DNA of 64,000 nt, from NCBI GenBank assembly GCA_015063685.1, contig SVTR01000003.1, positions 24,372 to 88,371 on the forward strand. Reading direction: 5' to 3'. Positions 39,812 through 47,970 of the stretch are shown here, piece by piece. Under the pieces are notes generated by a model. The model had not been told where the DNA came from. It worked only from the letters and a program-made list of their open reading frames with translations, and made no database searches. Position 1 is the first letter of the stretch, and each line of letters starts with the position of its first letter. This stretch comes from Oscillospiraceae bacterium (lineage in GTDB: Bacteria; Bacillota; Clostridia; Oscillospirales; CAG-272). Made by a program: the position numbers and the translations under genes.

Positions 39812-40392
39812 TACATACCTCCAAATAACCGCAAGCCAAAGCTTGAATCAACCAATTTTGTTTCGCATGATGAAAAAGCTGACCAAATCACACCGTTCGC
39901 CATTTTGACGCACCGGCTTCGCAGCGTTTCTTCATTTGTGAAGCCACAGCTTTTGAACAATGCTATCAATGCGCGGTTATACGAAAGCACGTGTACTGTC
40001 ACGCACATTAATTCAAGGGTATCGAAGCAGTATGACAACGCCAACATAATGCTGGCTTTTCCTATACCCTTGCCATACGCGGATTTGTGTAGCTTGATGT
40101 TTATGCCTGCAGATAGAGTCAAACTGTCAATACTTGAAACGATCACCGTTCCCTCCGACAGGCCGTCATGCTCCACCATGAATCGTTTCACATTCTTCTC
40201 AAGCTTGAGCTTCTCCGGCCATTGCATTTGTTCCCGAAGCATTACGATTTGGGGTGTCTCTACCACACATTTGGCAATATCTAAATCAGTATTCAGCTCC
40301 ATCAAAAACTCCGCATCCTCAGCTTCAATGCTACAAAAAAGTATGCACTTTTCGTCATTTTTCAAAAGTGCTGAAAGATTTTCCATTTTCAC
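39811..40392 (-). CDS. RimJ/RimL-type GNAT N-acetyltransferase, probably frameshifted near the C-terminus
   Basis: YGKGIG, VLSYNRALIALFKSCGF; the expected tail NGERCDLVSFFI lies in an alternative frame at about 39903. Confidence 0.7.
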   Translation of the reverse strand: MKMENLSALLKNDEKCILFCSIEAEDAEFLMELNTDLDIAKCVVETPQIVMLREQMQWPEKLKLEKNVKRFMVEHDGLSEGTVIVSSIDSLTLSAGINIKLHKSAYGKGIGKASIMLALSYCFDTLELMCVTVHVLSYNRALIALFKSCGFTNEETLRSRCVKMANGVIWSAFSSCETKLVDSSFGLRLFGGM

Positions 40393-40393
40393 C

Positions 40394-41533
40394 TTAAAAG
40401 GAAGATCGAATCACGTCCATAACGTAGTTCTGCTCTCCCTCGGTCATTTTGATATCCGAGGGGAGACACAGGCCGCGGGCAAAGATATCCTCGTTGACAG
40501 GCTTGTCCTCGACGGATACAAAATCGTAGCCTTCAAAGACAGGCTGCATATGCATGGGCTTCCAGATGGGACGAGCCTCCACGTTGTAATCGTTCAGGGT
40601 ACGGATGATGTCCATGGGATTCACGTTCACCCCTTCGTTGACCGTCATGCAGGACAGCCAGAAGTTGGGCTTGCTGTCGGGTAGATAAGGGTTCATGGTC
40701 ACGGGCAGATTGGCAAGACCCTGCTTGTAGCGGCGGTAGATGGTTTCCTTTTTGTCGCGGTGCTCCTCCAGATGCCTGAGCTGACCGCGGCCAATGCCCG
40801 CCACCACGTTGGACATACGATAGTTATAGCCGATCTCATTATGCTGGTACCACAGGGCGGGCTCGCGGGCCTGGGTAGCCCAGAACAGAGCCTTCTTGCG
40901 ATCGGCCTCGTTGTCGCAAAGCAGCATACCGCCACCCGAAGTGGTGATGATCTTATTGCCGTTGAAGGAGAGCACGTTATACTTTCCAAAGGTGCCGCAC
41001 TTCCCTCCCCTGTATTCGGAGACCAGAGCCTCGGCAGCATCCTCGATGAGGATGGCGTTATGACGCTTGCAGATCTCTGTGATCTCCTCCATCTTGGAGG
41101 GGGTACCGTACAGATGTGCCAGCATGACCACCTTGGCGTCGGGATATTTTTCAAAGGCTAATTCCAACGCGCGAGGATCCATGTTCCAGGTCTCCCGCTC
41201 GGAATCAATGAACACCTGCACGCCCCCCTCATAGGACACGGGGTTGACGGTGGCGGCAAAGGTCATGTCGCTGCAAAGCACGATATCACCCCGCTTGACG
41301 CCTGCCAGCTTGACCGCCAGGTGGAGCGCTGCCGTGCCTGCGTTGAGGCACAGGGCGTGGAAGTCCGACTGATTTTCGCCGTTCAGGTATGCATTCATCT
41401 CGGCTTCAAAACCGTCGCAGTTAAAGCCCAACGGGGCGATCCAGTTGCGGTCAAAGACCTCCTGTATGTAGGCCATCTCGTCTCCGTGCATGGTTGGTGT
41501 GGCCAGGGGAATTCTATGTTCATAGGTTTTCAT
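40394..41533 (-). CDS. DegT/DnrJ/EryC1/StrS sugar aminotransferase (PglE-like)
   Basis: GTAALHLA, EDAAEA, SFNGNKIITTSGGG, GYNYRMSN. Confidence 0.95.
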   Translation of the reverse strand: MKTYEHRIPLATPTMHGDEMAYIQEVFDRNWIAPLGFNCDGFEAEMNAYLNGENQSDFHALCLNAGTAALHLAVKLAGVKRGDIVLCSDMTFAATVNPVSYEGGVQVFIDSERETWNMDPRALELAFEKYPDAKVVMLAHLYGTPSKMEEITEICKRHNAILIEDAAEALVSEYRGGKCGTFGKYNVLSFNGNKIITTSGGGMLLCDNEADRKKALFWATQAREPALWYQHNEIGYNYRMSNVVAGIGRGQLRHLEEHRDKKETIYRRYKQGLANLPVTMNPYLPDSKPNFWLSCMTVNEGVNVNPMDIIRTLNDYNVEARPIWKPMHMQPVFEGYDFVSVEDKPVNEDIFARGLCLPSDIKMTEGEQNYVMDVIRSSF

Positions 41534-43713
41534 ACGGTGATTGCTCCTGTTTCTTTACGCGCGTTGATAGGGCTTGCTGTCATAGATGCCTGCAAAAGCA
41601 CTGAGCGGCTACCCGCCATGCGATTTCCGGTCTCCCAAAGCATCCCGATAGCATTCAGCTTGGAACGCCGTTCGTTGGACATATCCTTTTGGCCATTCTC
41701 TCGTTGCCGCCGGATCCACCGACCGAGACGGCACCCGTCGGGTGTGGTATAAGCAACCGGCACATCCAAGTGTCCATGCTTTTTTTGATATTCACATGCC
41801 GCAGCATATGCTTTTTCCCAGGCAATATCATGCTTATTGCCCCACAGCATGCCGATCTTATTCAAACGATTTATCTGCTCCTCGGACATCTTTGCTCTTT
41901 TGTTGTTGTTTTTTTGGGAAGCACGCAATCCAAATATCCACGCCCCCAGTCTGATCCCGTCCTCATCCACGTAGTTTGCGGGAACATCCAAGTGTCCATG
42001 AGCCTTATGAAATTTAACCGCGGCGTAATAATTGCGCTCCCAAAGGTAGTCCACCGCGCTCCAGACCATGCCGATAGCCTCCAGCGCCTCGATACGCTCA
42101 GGAGTCAGGTAGGCGGCCTGTATACCGTTCTTGTAGTAAGTACGAAGATTGGCAATCCAAGCTCCGAGATTGACACCGTGGTAGTTCTTCTCGGAAATGC
42201 TCACCATCAGGTCTCCGTGCTCGTCAAAATAAGCCTTGGCGGCGGTGTAGTATTTTTCCCAGGCTACGTCACGGGCGCTTTCCCAGCGCATACCGATGGA
42301 TTCCAACTTGGCGATCTGCTCATCGGTCAGAAGTCCCTTTACCTTCCCCCCACGGACAAGGCGCTGAGTGGTCAGCCAGGTGCCCAGGGTATAACCCTCT
42401 GGGGTGACATAGCGCTTGGGGACGTCCAAATGGCCGTTTTCCTTATAATATTTTTCTGCCGCCTCGAACATCAGCTCCCAGGAGGCGGTGAGGGTATCGT
42501 TCAGCTTGTCAAAAAGCACCATACAATCCCTGACCTCATCCACCACCTTGAAATGCTCATTGATAATGGCGTCATCCATACCCAGGGAGCGGTAGTAAGC
42601 GGTAGCGATCTGCATCTCCTCCTCCACGGCGTCAATGCTGTAGAGATTTTCAATGTTGAGAACGATATCAAAGATCACGGCGCTGGTCTTTTTGCCCGCA
42701 GCCAAAGCTCGGCCGATTTGCTGTTTATAGATGATGGGGGAAACCGTGGGACGAAGCAGGATCACGCCGCTCACGTCGTCCACGTGAATACCCTCGTTGA
42801 GCATATCAATGCAGAACAACAGCTTCAGGTGCTCGCTGTTATCCGCCTTGAAATCCGCGAAGGCACGGCTGGTATCGGGATCGTCGGAGTAGGCTTTATA
42901 GATATGGGGATGACGGTCAACGCCCGAGAACCACAGAGATGCCATGTCGGCCATCTCACAGAGATGATCGTAGTTGGCGCAGAAGACCAGGTACTTCCCC
43001 GCTTTGTCCGTCATGTGCTTTTCAAAGATCTTATCCAGACCGTCAGCCTTGTCCAAGGCGCGGCGCAAGGCTTCCAGATAGGCCTCGCCCTCATCCCGCA
43101 CGGCCTTACTCTTGGCGGCACGGACACGGCGCTCGTACTTTTCCAGATCCTTTTGGTAGGAAAAGACGGACAGCACATATTTGGGTGGGCTGAGGATACC
43201 CCTCACGATGGACTCGCCCAAGGTCATTTCGGAAGCTACACAGCCGTCAAACAGCTCGTCGGCCATGTTGCGTTGGTTATCCAGATAGCGAATAGCGGTG
43301 GCAGACAGGCCCAGGATGGGTACTTCGGGGTGGCTTGTCAATAGCGCCTTGACTCCCTGTCCCCACATTTCGGCACCGCAACGGTGAAATTCGTCCAGGA
43401 TAATATAGTCCGCACAAATACCGGCGAGCTCGTCCTCGGTGAGATTCATGAGCTTGGCGTAGGTGTAGAATTGGATATTTTCGGGAACGTATCCGCCGGT
43501 AGCAGCCTTGAGATTCTCCAGCTGAGTCTTGAAGATATACTCGGAGGGAGACAACCAGCAAACCGTAGCCTGGGGGTGCTCCTCGCAGAGCTTGAAACCG
43601 ATAAAGGATTTGCCCGTTCCCGTGGGATGGATCACTGCCGCTTTGCCGGTTTCGGAGAGCATAGCGACAGCGGCTTCATATGCGGTTTGGTTGTGCTCAA
43701 ATAACGCAATCAC
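41530..43713 (-). CDS. SF2 (DExH) helicase with four C-terminal helicase-associated (HA) repeats
   Basis: PTGTGKS, LDEFHR, LSAT, MLNEGIH, QQIGR; four W-E-x-Y...HG-L-VP...LG-W repeats; RBS AAAGGAGG; ATGA overlap with the aminotransferase. Confidence 0.92.
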   Translation of the reverse strand: MIALFEHNQTAYEAAVAMLSETGKAAVIHPTGTGKSFIGFKLCEEHPQATVCWLSPSEYIFKTQLENLKAATGGYVPENIQFYTYAKLMNLTEDELAGICADYIILDEFHRCGAEMWGQGVKALLTSHPEVPILGLSATAIRYLDNQRNMADELFDGCVASEMTLGESIVRGILSPPKYVLSVFSYQKDLEKYERRVRAAKSKAVRDEGEAYLEALRRALDKADGLDKIFEKHMTDKAGKYLVFCANYDHLCEMADMASLWFSGVDRHPHIYKAYSDDPDTSRAFADFKADNSEHLKLLFCIDMLNEGIHVDDVSGVILLRPTVSPIIYKQQIGRALAAGKKTSAVIFDIVLNIENLYSIDAVEEEMQIATAYYRSLGMDDAIINEHFKVVDEVRDCMVLFDKLNDTLTASWELMFEAAEKYYKENGHLDVPKRYVTPEGYTLGTWLTTQRLVRGGKVKGLLTDEQIAKLESIGMRWESARDVAWEKYYTAAKAYFDEHGDLMVSISEKNYHGVNLGAWIANLRTYYKNGIQAAYLTPERIEALEAIGMVWSAVDYLWERNYYAAVKFHKAHGHLDVPANYVDEDGIRLGAWIFGLRASQKNNNKRAKMSEEQINRLNKIGMLWGNKHDIAWEKAYAAACEYQKKHGHLDVPVAYTTPDGCRLGRWIRRQRENGQKDMSNERRSKLNAIGMLWETGNRMAGSRSVLLQASMTASPINARKETGAITV

Positions 43714-43752
43714 TACGTTCCCTCCTTTCGGAAAATTTGAAGCATGCAGGGT

Positions 43753-43777
43753 ACAACATAACGGCGATTATGTTGTT
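43753..43777 (+). repeat. Left inverted repeat (IRL), tyrosine-recombinase crossover site
   Basis: ACAACATAA-CGGCGA-TTATGTTGT(T); exact reverse complement of 44026-44050. Confidence 0.95.
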
Positions 43778-43960
43778 GAGCAAATCAAAGATTGGGAAAT
43801 TATCCCAAACGGGGGATACAAAAAAGGCATAACAATAAGACCTGGCACCAAATTTTTCCAAAAAAATGGTACAGGCTTCTTTTGCTATGCCTTAGGAAAA
43901 AGGAGTATGAAAATCTGTTTGGGAATTTATGACAAAATCTTATAAAATTCTCAAAAACTA

Positions 43961-43989
43961 TTGCAATCTTTTATGGGATATGCTATAAT
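43961..43989 (+). promoter_or_regulatory. sigmaA promoter with extended -10 inside the switch
   Basis: TTGCAA-17bp-(TGc)TATAAT. Confidence 0.88.
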
Positions 43990-44025
43990 ATGTTGAATGA
44001 TGGGTTATTATGTCTTTTTATATAA

Positions 44026-44050
44026 AACAACATAATCGCCGTTATGTTGT
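44026..44050 (+). repeat. Right inverted repeat (IRR)
   Basis: (A)ACAACATAA-TCGCCG-TTATGTTGT. Confidence 0.95.
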
Positions 44051-44058
44051 TGATATTG

Positions 44059-44083
44059 AGTCGGGGGAAATCCCGGCTTTTTT
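44059..44083 (+). terminator. Intrinsic terminator just outside IRR
   Basis: AGTCGGG-GGAAAT-CCCGGCT followed by a T-tract. Confidence 0.65.
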
Positions 44084-44085
44084 GT

Positions 44086-44925
44086 TTATATGATCAGCTT
44101 CATGAGCTTCATTTTACGCTTATGGGTCTCCCCCGTGGTGACGGTATAGATACGGGTGGTGTTGATACTGGCATGTCCCAACAGATCCGCGAGCGTGACG
44201 ATATCCTTCTGCATGGCGTAAAAAACGCGAGCAAACAGGTGTCGTAAATTATGGGGAAAAACCTTGGTCGCCCTCACCTTTGCGGCGGTGCATAGAGATT
44301 TCATGGCGCGCCAGATGGCTGTCCGATCCAGGGGACGGCCGTGCTTCGTGCGAAACACCGCGCCTTCATCAATATTGAATTTATCTATATATGACAAAAG
44401 CTTTTTCCGAAGCTCCGGCACAAAAAAGATCCGCCTCGTTTTTCCTTTGCAGTTGACCCTCGCTTCTCCCCGTTTCACTGCCTCTACCGTAACGTATGCA
44501 AGCTCGCTGACGCGTATGCCTGTTCCGCAAATGGTTTGCAGGATCAACGATAATCGTCGGTTTCCTCGTTGCTCGGCTGTTGTCACCAAACGCATATATT
44601 CCTGTCGGGTCAGCTCTCTGCTCTCCGAGCAGAAGGCATCCCGTTGCACACGGAATTGCTTGACCACCAGTTCATGCCATCCGCAAAAGCGAAAGAAGCT
44701 GTTGAGTGCCGCCAGCATGGAATTGGCGCTGGTGGCGGTGTACTGCTCCGTGAGCGAATTTTTGTAGGCGAGCACCAAGGCCTTGTCCACGGGAGCGCCG
44801 TTGACGTAAGCCGCAAAAGCCCGCACGTCACGGGTGTATTTTTCTATGGTGGCGGGGCTTTTTTCTTCAAGGCGAAGATGATTTTCAAACAATTGTTGTA
44901 ATTTCATGCTGATGTGATAGATCAT
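44086..44925 (-). CDS. Tyrosine recombinase (XerC/D-like; putative invertase)
   Basis: All catalytic motifs present: GIRVSEL, KGK, HNLRH, LGH, TRIY; 279 aa; RBS AAGGAGG. Confidence 0.95.
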   Translation of the reverse strand: MIYHISMKLQQLFENHLRLEEKSPATIEKYTRDVRAFAAYVNGAPVDKALVLAYKNSLTEQYTATSANSMLAALNSFFRFCGWHELVVKQFRVQRDAFCSESRELTRQEYMRLVTTAEQRGNRRLSLILQTICGTGIRVSELAYVTVEAVKRGEARVNCKGKTRRIFFVPELRKKLLSYIDKFNIDEGAVFRTKHGRPLDRTAIWRAMKSLCTAAKVRATKVFPHNLRHLFARVFYAMQKDIVTLADLLGHASINTTRIYTVTTGETHKRKMKLMKLII

Positions 44926-45197
44926 AGCATCCTCCTTGCTTCTTTATACTTATACTATTTTACATCATGCGGCTCAAAATGCAAAAGCCATTGCTTTTTT
45001 TACTGTGACAAATTCCCATTTATATTTTTCATCAAACGGCTCACAATAGTAGCAGAGAACGCAAGACGGTGAAAAAGTCGGGTTGAAAAGACAGTTGCCG
45101 CCCTGTGGGCTCGATGATATAGATAGTCCCAAGTGGACAAAACGCCTTCCCACATCAACGGGGCGGCGCTTGAATGAATGAAATAGGAGTCAAAATT

Positions 45198-45410
45198 ATG
45201 GCAAGCAATAAGACCCTTGTTCCCCAGGCCAAGCAGGCTATGGAGCAGTTCAAGATGGAAGCAGCAAACGAAGTCGGCGTAACCCTGAATCAGAAGGGCT
45301 ACAACGGTGAGCTCACCTCCCGTCAGGCCGGTTCTATCGGCGGTCAGATGGTTAAGAAGATGATCCAGTCCTACGAGAACGGTCTGGCAGGTCAGAATCA
45401 GAACCAGTAA
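45198..45410 (+). CDS. ssp: Alpha/beta-type small acid-soluble spore protein
   Basis: KMEAANEVGV...LTSRQAGSIGGQMVKKMI; RBS AGGAG. Confidence 0.95.
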   Translation: MASNKTLVPQAKQAMEQFKMEAANEVGVTLNQKGYNGELTSRQAGSIGGQMVKKMIQSYENGLAGQNQNQ

Positions 45411-45425
45411 TCTTCCATGAGAAAA

Positions 45426-45459
45426 GCTCCCCTTCCCGAAATATCGGGAGGGGGAGCTC
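45426..45459. terminator. Terminator hairpin between ssp and the convergent gene
   Basis: GCTCCCCTTCCCGA-AATA-TCGGGAGGGGGAGC. Confidence 0.75.
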
Positions 45460-45489
45460 TCTTAATTTATGTAGAGGGCACCGTTCAAA

Positions 45490-46683
45490 TCAACCATCCA
45501 ACTTCATATCACCGTATTTTATCCACCCGATTTTCCGCATGATTTCAGAAAACAGGAGGGACAGAACAGCGGGGAGGACGAGACAGCACAGTCCGAGGCC
45601 TACCCACATCATAGGCGTATGATCCATGGTGGACACCACGCCGATAGGACCTACCATGCCGCAGGTACCCATACCCGCAGAGACACCCGTACACTCCAGC
45701 TTGAAGATCATGGTGGAGAGGGGACCTATGATAGCGGCAGCCAAAGTCGGAGGGATCCAAATTTGGGGCCGGCGGCAGATATTACCCATCTGGAGCATGG
45801 AGGTGCCAAGCCCTTGAGAAACGAGGCCGCCCCATTTGTTTTCACGGAAGCTGGACACGGCAAATCCCACCATCTGAGCGCAACATCCCACCACGGCGGC
45901 ACCGCCTGCCAGGAGGAAGCCTTCCTCGGTACCGTTGAGGCAAGCCACCTCATAGGCAGAAGCCGAGAAGATCATGGCACATATGGCCGCACTGGAAATG
46001 GGCAGAGTCAGAATGATACCCACCACGACAGACACCACGATACCCATGAGGAGGGGCTGGAAGGTGGTAGCGGTAGCGATGAAGATACCGAGATAATACA
46101 TGATATAAGAAACGGCGGGACAGAAGACCCAAGTAGCGCCGAAGCCCACCAACAGGGTGACCACAGGGGTTACGAGGATGTCCACGGGGGTCTTTTTGGA
46201 TACCAGCATACCGACCTCGGCGGCAATGATGACGGCAAAAAAGGCACCGGCAGGGCCTGCGCTATAGAAAACGCCTTCGCCCGTTCCGGAGGCTACCGCC
46301 CAGGCAAGGATCTTACCTCCGTCAATAACAGCGCCCATGGCGTTGGACATAGCTCCCACGGCGGCGGCAGAGAACATGACCAGGGGATGTGCCCCCAGCT
46401 TATGGGCGATGGCCACGCCAATGGCCATACCCGTGGCTGCCTTGGCGTAGGACGCAATGATCTTGAGTCCGTCCCAGGGAATATAGTTGCCCAGGGTATC
46501 AAAAATGGTTCCGATGAGCAGAGAGGCAAAAAGTCCCAGAGCCATAGCACCCATGGCGTCAATAAAATAACGCTTGGGCAAGCTCTTCAATTTTTGTCGC
46601 AGGGACATCTTTTTTTGCTTTGCCAGCTGTGCTTGTTCTTCTTTGCGTTTTTGGCGGTACTTACCTTTTGCCACGAAAATCAC
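45490..46683 (-). CDS. PTS EIIC-like membrane protein (PfoR/PfoS-like)
   Basis: MALGLFASLLIG, TLPISSAAI, QGLGTSMLQ, GMGTCG; start uncertain. Confidence 0.8.
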   Translation of the reverse strand: MIFVAKGKYRQKRKEEQAQLAKQKKMSLRQKLKSLPKRYFIDAMGAMALGLFASLLIGTIFDTLGNYIPWDGLKIIASYAKAATGMAIGVAIAHKLGAHPLVMFSAAAVGAMSNAMGAVIDGGKILAWAVASGTGEGVFYSAGPAGAFFAVIIAAEVGMLVSKKTPVDILVTPVVTLLVGFGATWVFCPAVSYIMYYLGIFIATATTFQPLLMGIVVSVVVGIILTLPISSAAICAMIFSASAYEVACLNGTEEGFLLAGGAAVVGCCAQMVGFAVSSFRENKWGGLVSQGLGTSMLQMGNICRRPQIWIPPTLAAAIIGPLSTMIFKLECTGVSAGMGTCGMVGPIGVVSTMDHTPMMWVGLGLCCLVLPAVLSLLFSEIMRKIGWIKYGDMKLDG

Positions 46684-46801
46684 TTCCTTAGTGTGAATTT
46701 TTTATTCAAAAAGCTCTGAAAATACCGCTGTCAGCGACCCGCAAGGAAAATCCACTACAGACTCGGTGTCAAGAGGATTTTCAGAGGTTTTCTGAAGTCT
46801 G

Positions 46802-47692
46802 TCATTCTTTGGCGATCATCTTGGTCACCAGCATTACGATACCGTAATACATCACCGGCACGGCAAACGCCGGGAAGAAATTCGCCGCCTTGGGTTGCTT
46901 CTTATCAAAGGCCATCTGAACACCCAAAAATACGAGAATCACCGCGCCGATTACCGACAGCTGCGCGGTCATATTCGGTGCAAAAAATTCTGCCATGCGG
47001 TCGGGAAGGAGCATAAAGAGCAGATAAAGCACCGCGTCGATCACGCCCATGGGAATGACGGCATACAGAGGGCCTGAGCCGCAGATCAGGGACAGAAAGA
47101 AGCAGATCACAAAATCAATCAAGGACTTGATGAGGAGGATTTTCGTCTCCCCCGAAAGCGCATCGGCCACGACGCCATTGAAAAGCATGGAATTGGCGCA
47201 AAGCAACACCAGCGCCAGAACGAAACCGTCAGCATAAAGGTTATCCGACTGCGGCGCAGACATTTCGTAGGTAGGCAAGCGGTCAAGCATAGGCACCTTG
47301 GGCGGTGTCATACCCTTTTCCAGCGATACGTCAACAGCTCGGGACAAACGATCCAGCCGCGCTTTTTCCTTTTCCTTTTCGGCCAAATCCTTCTTGGAGA
47401 GAGATTTTCCTATGGCCAAAAGCCCTCCGTGAAGATTAAAAGCATAGCCAAGGAATACACCCACCACCAAGGCGATAATCACCAAAATAGAGCCCGTCAG
47501 CTCTACCTCTCCGCCTGCGACCACAAAATACGCCTGTATAAATTCATAAGCGCCTACAGCCATGATAGCCAAGCCCAGCACGCGGTAAATCAATTGCTGA
47601 TACTGCACCTTGAGCTTGCCGCGGAACATAATACCAAAGCCGCCGCCGACCATCACCGACAAAATATTAACCAGGATTCCGATTCCTTTCAT
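46802..47692 (-). CDS. DUF554 family membrane protein
   Basis: MKGIGILVNILSVMVGG, ADGFV..LLC, KSLID, ANFFPA; start reassigned to ATG 47692. Confidence 0.75.
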   Translation of the reverse strand: MKGIGILVNILSVMVGGGFGIMFRGKLKVQYQQLIYRVLGLAIMAVGAYEFIQAYFVVAGGEVELTGSILVIIALVVGVFLGYAFNLHGGLLAIGKSLSKKDLAEKEKEKARLDRLSRAVDVSLEKGMTPPKVPMLDRLPTYEMSAPQSDNLYADGFVLALVLLCANSMLFNGVVADALSGETKILLIKSLIDFVICFFLSLICGSGPLYAVIPMGVIDAVLYLLFMLLPDRMAEFFAPNMTAQLSVIGAVILVFLGVQMAFDKKQPKAANFFPAFAVPVMYYGIVMLVTKMIAKE

Positions 47693-47883
47693 TGAATCTT
47701 CGTTCTCCTTTCTGCCAATGGCAGCGATTATTTCACAAACAATTATGTTTATTATATCACACTTTTTCCCCGAATGCAAGAGGTGAGGACATTTTTGTAC
47801 AAGGTTGTTTCTTTTTTTGATCATCACGCCCCTGTGCAATCGTTTTTTTATCAATCACTCCCACCGAATTTTCCCCATTTCCC

Positions 47884-47912
47884 TTGACATCCTCGACACA
47901 AAGGGGTATAAT
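47884..47912 (+). promoter_or_regulatory. Consensus sigmaA promoter of pncB
   Basis: TTGACA-17bp-TATAAT. Confidence 0.85.
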
Positions 47913-47970
47913 AGTAGGGATATAATGTAATGTTTTACACACCTCATGGTGTCGTAAGAAAGGAAAAAAT

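Larger units (their letters stand above)
43753..44050. promoter_or_regulatory. Invertible promoter segment (phase-variation switch), OFF orientation
   Basis: 25-bp perfect inverted repeats, internal promoter facing away from the operon, adjacent recombinase. Confidence 0.9.

Noticed and set aside
15658-43776. Recombinase-mediated excision of 28 kb between the degenerate site and IRL (direct orientation)
   Set aside because: Core mismatch (CGGGGA vs CGGCGA) and four arm mutations make it unlikely, though not formally excluded.
43529-43945. 138-aa ORF crossing IRL; also 9708-9938, 15800-16060, 15407-15607 and 18544-18735
   Set aside because: They span regulatory DNA or lack RBS and motifs; probably spurious, although 15407-15520 and 18544-18735 could be gene remnants.
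43753-44050. Chromosomal dif site or integrase att site of a genomic island
   Set aside because: Two inverted copies under 300 bp apart with symmetric arms fit inversion; no tRNA, direct-repeat att pair or mobility genes are seen.
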